From NCBI GenBank assembly GCA_964036045.1, contig OZ038379.1, forward strand, positions 50,282,001-50,346,000: DNA of 64,000 nucleotides. The letters run 5' to 3'. Shown here in pieces: positions 25,199 to 36,229 of the stretch. Below the pieces are notes generated by a model, which saw only the letters and a list, made by a program, of their open reading frames with translations, made no database searches and was not told the origin of the DNA. The stretch comes from Eutreptiella sp. 'Long Island Sound 2002' (Eukaryota > Protista > Euglenida). Position 1 is the first letter of the stretch; every line of letters begins with the position of its first letter. The position numbers and the translations under genes are program-made.

Positions 25199-27349
25199 GT
25201 TTCCCATGCCGGCAACACAAGCACAAAGGAATCTGCGAGATCAGCCAGCGGACACATAGTTATTGTACTGATGGACCTGCAGGTGCATGTCTCCAAAATT
25301 GTGCCCCGGCTCTCGGAGAACATGGGGCTCCGAACAATAGTGACTGGGTGGGTTGAGATGGGCGGGCAACTCATAGGTTAGAAAAACCTGTCATTGAACG
25401 GCAAAGGTCCCACAAGCCCTCCAAAGAAAACAACAGTTTAGCGAGAGCCCAACTGTCGTTTCCCATGCCGCCGACACAAGCACAAAGGAATCTGCGGGAT
25501 CAGGCCGCAGTATATATTGCCAACCCCCCCCCCCGTCGACCCCTAAACCGCCGTGTGGGCATCCGGGCGGAACCCGGACTGCCGGTAGAAGCCGCCATAC
25601 CAACAAAACGCACCCTGACTCGACACCGAGGACACCCACGCACATGCAAGGTTAGACCCACCCCTCAGCAACGCCCAGACCCCCGCAACTGGAAGACATC
25701 CACCCCACTCCCCTCGGGGGCCAGTCGCCATCATACAAAAAATACAAAGAGACGCCGCGGGGCTACGCCTGCCATCACCCACTCACAAACAAAAATGCAG
25801 CCGGCCAAAGCATGCGCGGGCACCCAGCCCTCGGCGGAATGACCACCGTTCTGATTGTTTCTTAGGGCCAAAGTTGCTCCACGCAATGACCTCAGCCGGC
25901 CTCAGGGGGAAGGGGAAACAGAGGACCGAGGATCACCAACGCTGAAACACAATCCATAAATCCGCGGACCGGGGTGCCGTGCTGTCTCCAATCCGTCAGC
26001 ACCGTACCAATTACCCGCCACAAGAGCTGTTCCCCGACCCTCAATGAGGGTGCCGCCATGACGGGAACCCGGCCGCCCCCAAAAGCCGCGGCCGCGTGCC
26101 GACCACATGCTTTCCCGGCAACACAATAAACACGACTTGCCATACCCTCCCCAACCTGCCCAAAACAATGGCCGTGGCTGCGTACGTATCCCGGTCCTGC
26201 AATGCATCTCCCATTTTACAACAAAAAGTATGTCCCCTACAATTCAGCCCCACCATGTGCCCTGGTCCTGCCCAAACGAACCCCGCCACGTAACCCTCCA
26301 CCAAAATTAATCTCCTGAGAGGGGCTTCGTCCCAACCCGGCATGTGGGTACAGCCCTCTTGGACCATGCCCCCATGCCAGACAGGGGCAAACAGTGCATG
26401 CAAGAGAGGCAAGGTCGCCCCCTCGCTCCAATGCAAACGCCAGTAGCGGCACGCGCTCGTCTCTCCTGAGTACCGCCACCGCAGGGCCTCCACGAGGGCT
26501 GGCACCGCGATGCCCAACCCCTGGGGCGTGTTGTAGATGGAGGCCCTGGGCTCCAGCACTCCGGTGGCAACATAGGGCTTGAAAGCGCCAACCAGAACAT
26601 CCTCCGGGGCCAACACACCCAGCACAACCGCCGGCACAGCCCACCGCGCATAGGCACGCTCGGCCACCCGCATCTTAGTCCGGGCCACCGGCTGACTCCC
26701 CGTGAGCTCCCGAACCTAAGCGCGAATGACGGGGACCGGATGCACCTGTTGCAGCAGCACATGCATCGCCCTCCTCCACTCCTTCCAGCTCGCCTCCAAC
26801 CCGGCAGGCATAAAGCTAAACGCACCATATACCCCTGAGCCCTCAATCCACCCATCGACCAACTGCCCCAAAGAACACCGCAAAAGGTAGCAAGGGCACG
26901 GGGTGGGGAGAAAAAGGCCCTTGCTATATTGGACCTTATGGTGGAGGACAATCTTGGACGACTCCCAAGAGACAACGGGATTCAAACCAGGGACTATCGC
27001 TCTACTGGACGAGTGCAAGACCCAGTGTACTAGTAGAAGAGGGTATTAGAAAAGGCAGCGGGGCGACACACAAAAAAATTCCACCCACTGCTTCACTCAC
27101 GCTATGATGCCTGCAACCCACGCCGCGGGCAATCAACCCGCGAGTGCCAGCAAGCACCGATGCCAACCTCCGCTGCCGGTCACTCCGGCATCCAAACCCA
27201 GTCTCCCTTAGAGCCCACGAGACGAATAAACCCACCCTCCCGCTCCACCCGTCCCGATACCCACGAGGAGCCAAAGAGCCCCACATCCCCATCGCCTCCC
27301 CCCTCCAACTCACCGGGCAACGGGACTACAGGCCCCAGCGCTTCACCCA

Positions 27350-29190
27350 CATACTGAGCCATTGACCCGATGTATAAAGCATGACACATATTGTCCCCGA
27401 GCTGCCGCTGTATCCCACGGGTAGCCTCAAAAGCCCGTGCTTTGCACCCCCCACAAAACGCCTCTAATCTAGAGATAGGGTGGACCCACTGCTGGACCCA
27501 CAAACCCACTGAGGCCCTCCCCCTCACCCCTTGGTTAATGGCCACGGCATTGTCCAGGAACAAGGTTACCCCCCCCCCGCAAATCCCAGGTGACAAGCCA
27601 GCCTCAACGCCGTCCACGCTCCCCAAAGCTCAGCTATCTGCTGGTTCAACCGCTACTTGCGGGCACCCAAGGAAAATGTTGTCCCTAAACATTCTACTCG
27701 CGTGCCCAGCCTGGGCGAGAAAAGGCCCACCATTTAACCCTTCGTCCCCGCAAAGAATCGGACGCGGCGTCAACAGTTGGTGGTAGACCATTACCGGATG
27801 ATCGCACCCCGTTCCACAGGGCACCAGCACCCCCCCCCCCAGCCTCTCGAACCCCAAACCGGTTCTCAACCCCCCCCCCCCCCCCCCCAGAGTCCAACCA
27901 AGCGTACCCCCAGTCGGTGGCCACGGCAACCTGACGTGCCCCAGGACCTGAGCAAGCGCCTCACTCACACCTGCAGGTAACCCATCGCAAGGTTCCCTAC
28001 CCCACACCTCCCAAGCAAGGGGCCCCGTCACCATAGGCCCCAAACCCGTACGGGGCTGCATAGCCCACTGCAATGACCCCATAAACGACTGCAAGCAAGG
28101 TTGGGTATACGGAGTAACACTAAGCCTCATCGAGGCAAAAACCAGCTTCGCCAGGGAGAGCTGTGTGTTAGCGATGATTCCCCCGCCCACATCGAACAAC
28201 TTACCTAGGCAGTGAAGCGAGTCCGTAGGCTCCAATGTACTCTTGAGGTTAACAAGGAACCTGACCTCTCTCAACCGCGCTGCCACCCGTCCCGTCACCC
28301 CCCCTCAGCCTAACCCTATCCCTGGCAAGTAAAAGAAAATCATCCAAATAATGGATAAGCAAAACATCGGGCGGGATGAGGTCCCGAACCAAAGAGCCCA
28401 AAAGCGGTTGGCATGTAATCGGCGATTGTTTCTAGCCGAAAGGCAACCTCTTCATATCCGATAACTTCCCACCAAATCTAAACCTAAACATCCCTTCCGA
28501 CCCAGCAGGGAGCAAGAAACTCCAAAAAGTGTTAGACAAATCAACATGTGTCATGCACAAACCCCCCCCCATAGACCTGCAATCACTCCCCCAACCGTTC
28601 CAAGAGGCCAAAAAGAAATTGGGGGGGGGGGCGGCTGAGGGTCCGCTGCGTTCCCCGGGATGCAATCTAGAATCATCGATGCCTTGATGTCATTTTGGGG
28701 GATAACAAAGGGGGTACAGTTGGGACCCCCTTGTTCACCCTGCTGAACCTGCACCTCGGCAAATACCCCCGGCCTCTTCAGTACCTCCAACATCACCTCC
28801 ATCCTAGGGCTTGGGTGACCCTTGCCCTCCGGTAGCCGCACCCCACGCAATCTTTCCGGCGGGCCCGCCGGGAGGAGTTCATCCCAGAGTTCCCTAGGGA
28901 TGGGATACTGCCCCATTTCTCCCAAGCCTTTACGCAATATTTCCTCCGAAATTGATGCCTTCTTGGGTGTGGGGCAAGTACTCAGGTGGGCCAAAGACTC
29001 CAATGCGTCCTCGTTCATGTCCCCCAAGAGCCCCAAAAAACGAGTAACAATCTCCTCCATCCCCCAATCCTCCGCCGCAGCGAAAAACCCTTTCCGCGAG
29101 GATCGTGCATCTACCCAAGAGCCGCAGGAGGTCGATCTTGAGCCTTGGAGCCAGCCACAACACCACCCGCGCCAACTCCGCCAGGCACTA
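27350..29190 (-). pseudogene. Reverse transcriptase / RNase H of DIRS type (frameshifted)
   Basis: Motifs in order: CTPFVIP..ILD, DLSNTFWSF..FRF..LPFG, HYLDDFLL (about 28335-28355), FLVNLKSTLEPT..HCLGK, then RNase H-like LFLDNAVA and PISR. Confidence 0.88.
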
Positions 29191-29859
29191 AACTAGTGGC
29201 GGCCACCTTGGGTTGATTCGGGCCTGCCCCTCCACCCGGAAGCCGTGCCCGTGACGCACGCCGGACGCGACCAACAACGCCCCCACCGGCGCACGCGTCG
29301 TCCTCGGCCGACGCGTACTCCCGGCAGGAGCCACAAGTGGCCTTCTCCCCATCCCTGGGGTACCCCGCACCGGAGGGGTTTTGGACCCCCCGATGCCCTG
29401 ACGTGGCCTTGCACCAATGAGGAATCCCCCCCCCCCTCCCCCTACGTCCCCGTTCGAGGCCGAGGACACGCAGATGGCCTCATCGCCAGCTGGTGCCCCC
29501 CTTGGCCCAGCACCGGGAGCCTCAAAAGCCCTCCCTCTGGCGCCTTCCTCAGCGGAAGAATCTCCCCCATCGGGGGAAGTGGTGGCTTCCGAAGTGAAAA
29601 CTTTGCCGGCACATTTCGGTGCCCCCCCCCCCCCCCCCTGAAGCTGGCAGACGCCTTCGGACTTGGGCGCACATTTGCCCTCCCAACTCTGGAAGCCGAT
29701 GCCCACCTCCTCGGACGTCTTAAGGGGGAAGGGGGGGGGGGTTCTGAGAGGGACCCATCGCCTGAGCAGGTTGACTCCCCTGATACCCGCTCACCGCTCC
29801 CATCGACGCTCCCCACGAGTGCACCCCGCTCCTTGCAACCCCTAGCCCTGGAGCCCTAG

Positions 29860-29968
29860 GTACTTGTATGAAAAGTAGTATTGTTCATAATTCATTTTTT
29901 ATTTATGAACGGTTCATATATGAACCATGAATTACGAACAGTTATTATGAACGCTTCTTTCTCCACAG
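29860..29968 (+). other. GT-AG intron C1 with GTTCATAA/TTATGAAC inverted motifs
   Basis: AG|GTACTT ... CTTCTTTCTCCACAG|. The donor could alternatively be at 29866. Confidence 0.65.
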
Positions 29969-30698
29969 ATTTTGTTATGTCTTATTGTCCCTCCGTCTTC
30001 ACGGAGCTGAACATGATGCTTGTTCGGCTTAGTGGTGCCACCAGTCTTCGGCGCAACAAGTGTTCCGACCTTTTGGCCCAATGGATGTCATCGTCCCCCC
30101 TCATGCGGGCCCGTTTTACGGAGGCAATGGACCACGCTCCCCTCCCGGCGGTCCACGAAACCAACGTGCACGCCATCTGTACGTATGCGGAGGCCCTCTT
30201 TCCCGCACCCTATCTGATAGGGCTCCTATTGGAGTTGCGTGCACCCCGGTCCGGCGTCCGCGTGTTGTCTGAGTACATCACCCGCCGGGGCGACGCCTAC
30301 ACCGCCCACACCGGGCTGCCCTTTCCACGGCCCATCCCCACACGGGACCAATTTGACGCAACGTGGAAGTCATTGACCGCACCGTTTGTGTTGTCCCCCC
30401 CGGTAGAATGTGCCGACCCCCCATCGTCGCGTCACTGCTGGCTCATGCGGTCGTGGGCACAATACGTGCAATCCCGGCCAGCCCTGTGCCAGTCTATTGA
30501 CTGGACCTGCCCCCTCACCCTTGTGGTGCGGCGTGACGGGTATCCTTGCGCCGGTGGCGGTTGGTCGCAGCTATCGGTGGGGCTATTGAACCATCGGGTA
30601 AGAGTGCGCACACTTGCCTTCCAATGTGTCATCGGCATGGCCCTCACGGGGACAAGGCTATGGTTGCCTTCGGCCAAATTTGGGCTAAGGTGCTACAG

Positions 30699-30844
30699 GT
30701 AGTCTGCATTATCGTGTTCATCACTGGTTCATAATTGACGCGTTCATGATTCGAAAACTGCCGTCATAAAACGCCGTACTGCCGAATTCTGAATTGTGAA
30801 CGTGTTTTATGAACACGACTTATGAACACCTTTTATGAACACAG
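30699..30844 (+). other. GT-AG intron C2 (146 nt) with GTTCAT/ATGAAC motifs
   Basis: CAG|GTAGTC ... TTATGAACACAG|. This phase-0 join gives KVLQ-RL*SIFDRKSYYW..GGDQ, in frame with ORF 30995. Confidence 0.8.
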
Positions 30845-31946
30845 CGCCTGTAGTCAATTTTTGACCGCAAAAGTTATTACTGGTGTGACAGCTGCGTGCC
30901 GGCAACGGTCCTCCTTGGTGGGGACCAGCCGTGGCCCCGGAGGTTGCTGGGCATCACCGTGGCTCCCCAAGTGTAGAGCATTTTCAACGAGGCCGTGCGT
31001 GACAACAAGGCCAAGTGGTGGAATGGCGTCGCTGCACCGAGGACAACGCGGTCGGATGCAAACAATCATTGTCGCTATCTGGTGACCCGCAAAAATTTGG
31101 ATGCGGCAGGATGCACCGGCGAGCCGCTGCTGGTCATAGCCAGAAATTGGGTATTATTGTGCATATTGCACTGTTGCATGGCCTTCGGGAGGCTCTTGGT
31201 GGCCTTCTTGGGGGCCCAGGTGGGAAATCATCCCCATGAGGTTGCAGGGGAGGTACAGAAAATTATGTACTGCAACCGTTGTGGCGTGCGGTTGGGGGTG
31301 CACAACGTACCGGACGGGGAGGAGGCCCACAACCTGTTCTGTGCAAGGGAGCAGATTGCGCCGCTGCTTGCATGCGTCAAGGAGGACCCCACGTGGCAAG
31401 CGGTTGGAGGGCTGCGAACATTGCTACGCACTTTGTACTCGCCGATTCCGGTTGTGGCACGCCCTTCGTGCCGAATCGTTGCTGCTGCGTTTCGGGAACA
31501 CTGCTGCGGCCAGTCGGGTTCACACTATTTGTTGTTGCTCGAAGAGGACTGTGATGCCATGCTCGAGAGTGCGAATGCATGTGGGGTGGGATTGGCTGCT
31601 GCGTCCGGGGACGTTGTGGACAGCACAAATTACACTTTGAAGAAGGGATGTAATGGGCATAGTTCCAGGGGTGCGGGTGTGGGTAAGAATGCAGCGGAAC
31701 GGGAAGCAATGGTCGTCCTGCAGGTTTGAAAATGGTGGTTTCTAACCTTTGACCTGCCAATGTTGCACTACAACACCCCACATACCGCGGCGTGCACCGC
31801 CGTCTCACTTCTAAGCACCACCCCCCAAGCACCGTCCACCCACGCGCCCTTTGCGACCGAGCTTTATTACTCTTCGCCCATCCATGGACGCCGCCGAGCT
31901 GAGGAAGCTACTGGAGGAGAGCCAGAAGGCAACCTTGGCCCTAGTG

Positions 31947-32096
31947 GTATGCTGTCAGTGTGCTGTTGTGCGCGTTCATATTGCGTTGATGATTCGGCGT
32001 TCATAAAACGGAAACTGCCGTCGTAAATGAATTCATTATGAACCGATTTATGAACTGATGAATTATGAATCGCTTGTATGAACGATTTATGAACAG
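31947..32096 (+). other. GT-AG intron C3 (150 nt) with GTTCATAA/TTATGAAC motifs
   Basis: GTG|GTATGC ... TTTATGAACAG|. Confidence 0.7.
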
Positions 32097-33194
32097 CGTC
32101 CCCCATGTCCACATGAGCAGCGACTGGAGGCCATGCTCCAGCTCCAGCTCAGCCTCGAGCTCCACCTCCACCTCCACCTTCACCTCAAGCTCCTCTGCCT
32201 CCTCAAGCCCACGTCCAACCCCATGCCGCTCACCCCGCGTGCCAACCCGCCGCCGACTCCTCGACTGAGGAGTCAACAGACTCCTCGGAGCAAGAGAGGA
32301 AGAGGAGGAAGAAGGAGGAGGAGAAGGAGGAGGAGAAGAGGAAGAAGGAGAAGAGGAAGGAGGAGAAGAGGAGGAAGAAGGAGGCAGCGGGGGGGAGGGG
32401 GGTGCGGGAGGAGGAGGCCGCGACCGACATTGAGGACGTGAAGGCCGAGATCGAGGACATGGCAGTGGAGGGGGACGCAGGGGGGGGGGGGAGGGGGGGG
32501 GGGTTGTGGCCCCATGGTTGAGGGGGGAGGCGGGCCATGCGTGGGGCCTGGGCCACACCAACCAACGCAACGTGTTGACCCTCCCCCGGGCGCAAGGAGG
32601 GCTGAACAGTGGGTAGTCCCCCGATGCCCCGCTTTTTTCGAGCCCCGAGGTGACTTACGTCACCCTGCGCTGGGCATTTCGCCGCCTTGTGCCGCACCGC
32701 ATCCGCAATAAGGGGGGGGCCTGGCGGTACACGGGGAGGGGGGGGGGGGCATAGGCATGGAAGCCCAAGCCGGGAAAGCCTCTGCCCCCCATCCCCGAAC
32801 CAATTGGGGCTGGGGATTTGACGCGGTCCAAAGTTTTTTCGGGGCCGCGTGGGGCCTTGACGCGGGCCTCCCATTGGGAGCTGTTGTTCCTCCACTGGGG
32901 GGAAATGGGGTGGGTGAAGCTGCAGCGCTCCGTGCGCAATTTCGGGTGCATCCCCAAGTGGGAATCAATTTTGGGGGGGGGGGTTATGACCCGTGGCAGG
33001 AGGCGTTGTACGAGGGGGCCGTGGAGGGCCTCACCATCACCCGCCCCATCAAGCCCCTTTGCCGGGCAGCCCGGGCCACCAGCAGCACCACGGGCCTCAC
33101 TGGCGCCCCCCAGGGCACCCCTCCTAGCGCGGCTGCGAATGTGCGGAACGCCTTGGGCGCCATGCAGACCATCGGACGACAGCCGGATTTTGAG

Positions 33195-33323
33195 GTATGT
33201 GCGTTCATAATTCGTTCATAATTCGTTCATTATTCGGCATTCATAATTCTGCGACCCTGCACTGCCCGTTTATGAACCATGAAAGCGTTTTATGAACGCG
33301 TTTTATGAACGGCACTGTCACAG
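33195..33323 (+). other. GT-AG intron C4 (129 nt), hairpin-like
   Basis: GAG|GTATGT, then 3-4 GTTCATAA-like copies, then 3 TTATGAAC copies, then TCACAG|. The splice is frame-preserving (phase 0). Confidence 0.82.
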
Positions 33324-33979
33324 GTCGTGGACGTGGAAGTGAAACCGGCGGACGTCGCGGGGGTTCGCATCCGGTACCGGTTGGGCACCGCCGAGTTCAG
33401 CATCCCCCTGTCCGCCCTGTACTAGCTGTTGCTCCTCAGCCCCCAACGGGGGTGCGCCATCCTCTCCGGGCTGTGGGAGAGGGAGCGCTCCCGCCGCTTA
33501 ACGGACACTTGGGCGGCGAATACGCCCTGCTGGGCGAGGCTGGGGGAGTTGGGGTGGGAGGGGTGTGCTGACGAGGAGATCCTGCTGTCCAGTTGTGGGT
33601 TGAGCCCCCCCACCCCCGGCAGCCCCCGCAGCACCTCCCGAGCAAAGCCCGCCGCCGAGAAACCCAAACGCCCTGCCGTGCCCCCCCCCCCCCAACCCAC
33701 GCAACCCAAAAAGCCCCCCCCCTCTGAAGCGCAAGTCCTTCGAATCGTGCAGCAGCTCATCGTAGGACCAGGCACACCCCCGTGGACATGGGAAGGGGGT
33801 GAAGGGGAAGCAGCCCGAGCAGCAAAAGCGGCGCAAAGAACCCCCCTCTTTGGAGGGGGATGAGTCACCTGACCGACAGGCCCTAGCCCTGAGGTTTAGG
33901 GCGGCATGAACAAGCAAGGACAAGGAAGGACAAGCCAGTATAGGAAAGATTGAAGCTTGAGCGATTTTTGTGTGCCTTT

Positions 33980-34086
33980 GTATTTGTTCATAAAACGTGT
34001 TCATAAAAAGCGATCATAAAACGCTCGGCGCGTTCATGAAACGGGTTTTGAATTACGAACTGAATTATGAACCGAATTATGAACAG
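33980..34086 (+). other. Fifth GTTCATAA/TTATGAAC block (GTATTT...TTATGAACAG), either a 3'-UTR intron or a subterminal array
   Basis: Same architecture as C1-C4, but outside any recognisable coding sequence. Confidence 0.55.
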
Positions 34087-34429
34087 GGGAGGGTGTTTTC
34101 ATAATTTTCAAAAATTGGCACAAATGGCAATTTTTCCAAAAAAAACCCGGCAGACAAAAAAGAACTCACCTCAAGGGGGTTGACCCCACCCCCCAGTTTT
34201 GAACGAAAAAGGCCCATGGGTACCCTAGCAAGAGCAAAATCGGTCCATATTGCATTAAACCATTTATGATGAACAAAACTACCTTTCATACACGTACCAA
34301 GGGAGGATCACGAAAACCCTGCAGGTGGGCTAGGGTCATCCGAGTCAAGGTCCCCCCCCCCCCCCCCCCCGCACCGTTGTCCCCCCCTTCCAAGCCTCTC
34401 GGATGTAAATTGCACCCCCGCCCAAACCT

Positions 34430-35100
34430 AGCTTGCCGCCAGGTCCCGGAATTCCAAAGTGTCCCCGTCCCCGGGCCACGGCAAGGGGAGGTCGCCCAGC
34501 ACCATGGGATCCTGAAAATCCTTGGCATACGCCATGGCCGTTCGTTTATCCTCCCACCTCCCGAAGGATAGGAACCACGCTTTTGGCGGCCCACGTGTCC
34601 ACGCAGCCCCCCCACCCCCCTGTGGTGTCCATGCCACCTCCCATCTCCCCACTCCGTCCCTTGAAGGAACCCCGCCAAAGCAGTCTCATACACCATCTCC
34701 CCAAGGAACCACCCCCTCTGCGCCCTCCCAACCCCTGGTGTACTAGCGCAGGTACCTCCTCCATGCCTTCGACCACTCCGACCACGTGCGTCATTTCCGA
34801 CCAATAATCCCCCTCTTGGTAGCCCAAAATCCAAGTGCTTTGTCCCCCAGAATATCCGCAACCCGTATGGATGCGGCTTCACCAACCCGGAGGAATGCAA
34901 ACCAGGACAAGCACATAAGAGCCACCAAGGGTCTCCCACCCGGTTCCCCCCACCCTCTTCTCGCCGCATCCCGCAACACCCGGGGAAAGAGGTAAAAATG
35001 GAACCCACAACCCCACCCACTCTTGGCAAGTTAACTGTGAATCGGGGCCACGGCTGCGGGGATCCACCCCATGTCCTCCGCAATTTTCACAGCTGAGATC
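34430..35100 (-). pseudogene. Tyrosine recombinase (YR) domain
   Basis: LSWFAFLRVGEAASIR (catalytic R box) and FGRWEDKRTAMAYAKD (GRW...Y box). The HxxR region is frameshifted at a G-run. Confidence 0.85.
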
Positions 35101-35399
35101 GTCCCCCGCATCGTCTACGACGAGGCTCCATCTCCGGACTGGTGAAACAAGTATCGAGAAAGGACCTCCTACTCCCCCTTGCCCGGGCTCCCCATGGCGA
35201 ACTTCCATAACTTCCCCACACAACCCCCCCCCCCAACGTCTAGAGGTGCAGTCAGCGACGCAATGAACTGCCAGCGCTTCCGGGCTATCCTCCTGCTCTT
35301 GCACCCTCGCTTCCCAGAGTTGTCCCCGTGCGAAGCGGTATCCGGTTTGCCCGAAAGCGGGACGCATTTCGGTTCGCTTCCCATGGACTGAAAGCATAG

Positions 35400-36200
35400 C
35401 TCCCCCTGGTGCAATGCCACTTCCGGCCCCCTGTAAAATCCCGGTCGCCTGATAGCAACCACCCCCCCTCCCCCCTCACCTCCGCCCTTGGACTCTTTCT
35501 ACTGCCCATTTGCCCCCTTCTCGGAACCGCCCCATTTGGCTCCATACTCCCGTTGGTTCCGCACCATACCCACACAGTTCCCCACGCAAACTTATTCCAG
35601 GGGGTCCCACCGTCTTCAGGGGGCGTCAGGACAATGTCGGAATCCACGACCCCTCCCCCATCCCCTCCTTCTATCCCTTCCATGTCTTCAACAACCCATT
35701 CCTCCCCCGGACGCCCCAAAAACTCCTTCAAGAGTTTGCATTGCCACGACGTCCACCGGAGCATATGGGGGTACCTTGCATCTACTCCACGTTGGCCACC
35801 TAAATCAGAGGGATGGGCTCCTCCTTCTCCTCCTTCTGCTTCTCCTTCCCCTTGCCGCTCTTCAACTCCTCCGACTCCTTCCGCATGCCGCTTGTACTGG
35901 CGGCCAGCAATTGCAGCACCTCGCCCTGCAGCCGCATCATCTCCATCTTCTTCGCCAGCGTCTGCCCCATCCCAACCTCCCCCTCTTGCGGCCCCCACGA
36001 TGCCCCCGCCTGTCCCGCCTCACCCTCCCCTCCCCCTCCGTCGCCGCGGAAGCGGACTTGAATGTGGTCCCCCGTGTGCAACTCCTCCTTCTCGTCACAT
36101 AGCACTCTTCCCCCTGGAACAAGCCACCATGCTCCCACAGGCGCCCCCCAAGCTTCCTGCACCGCGCGGTGCAAGTCCTCCATCCCACCCACTTGCCGCT
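35400..36200 (-). pseudogene. gag-like ORF of the YR element with an N-terminal ubiquitin-like segment and a coiled coil
   Basis: EDLHRAVQEAWGAPVGAWWLVPGGRVLCDEKEELHTGDHIQVRFRGDGG, followed by LAKKMEMMRLQGEVLQLL and an E/K-rich stretch. Confidence 0.5.
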
Positions 36201-36229
36201 GGCACCAACCCTCGTACCTGACTGGGCCC

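Larger units (their letters stand above)
29860..31729 (+). pseudogene. RAG1/Transib-like DDE transposase C, spliced (exons 29969-30698 and 30845-31729)
   Basis: Motifs VRRDGY (first D), LLGGDQPWPRRLLGI (second D; cf. RAG1 GYDEKLVREVEGL), LCILHCC (cf. RAG1 DALHCD) and GDVVDSTNYTLKK (cf. RAG1 SEGNESGNKLFRR). Splicing 30699-30844 restores the frame. A frameshift near 30645 and in-frame stops are present. Confidence 0.75.
31884..33863 (+). pseudogene. Second spliced gene downstream of transposase C (Pro-rich and Glu/Lys-rich, unknown function)
   Basis: Starts at ATG 31884 (MDAAELRKLLEESQKATLALV), with introns 31947-32096 and 33195-33323. The last join QPDFE|VVDVEVKP is in frame with ORF 33429. 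It has local similarity to the D-associated ORF (SALY*LLLLSP vs PTLYACMMVSP). Confidence 0.55.

Noticed and set aside
7613-25259. Dozens of 100-320-aa ORFs on both strands (RHAGALSFV..., WRTETNDRAPA...)
   Set aside because: They come from a 33-bp (11-codon) stop-poor satellite that is open in several frames at once. There is no evidence of coding selection.
29830-34335. Candidate TIRs for element C (CCCTAGCCC at about 29840 vs GGGCTAGGG at about 34326)
   Set aside because: Only 9 bp match, there is no TSD, and the transposase 5' exon would be left with no room inside the element.
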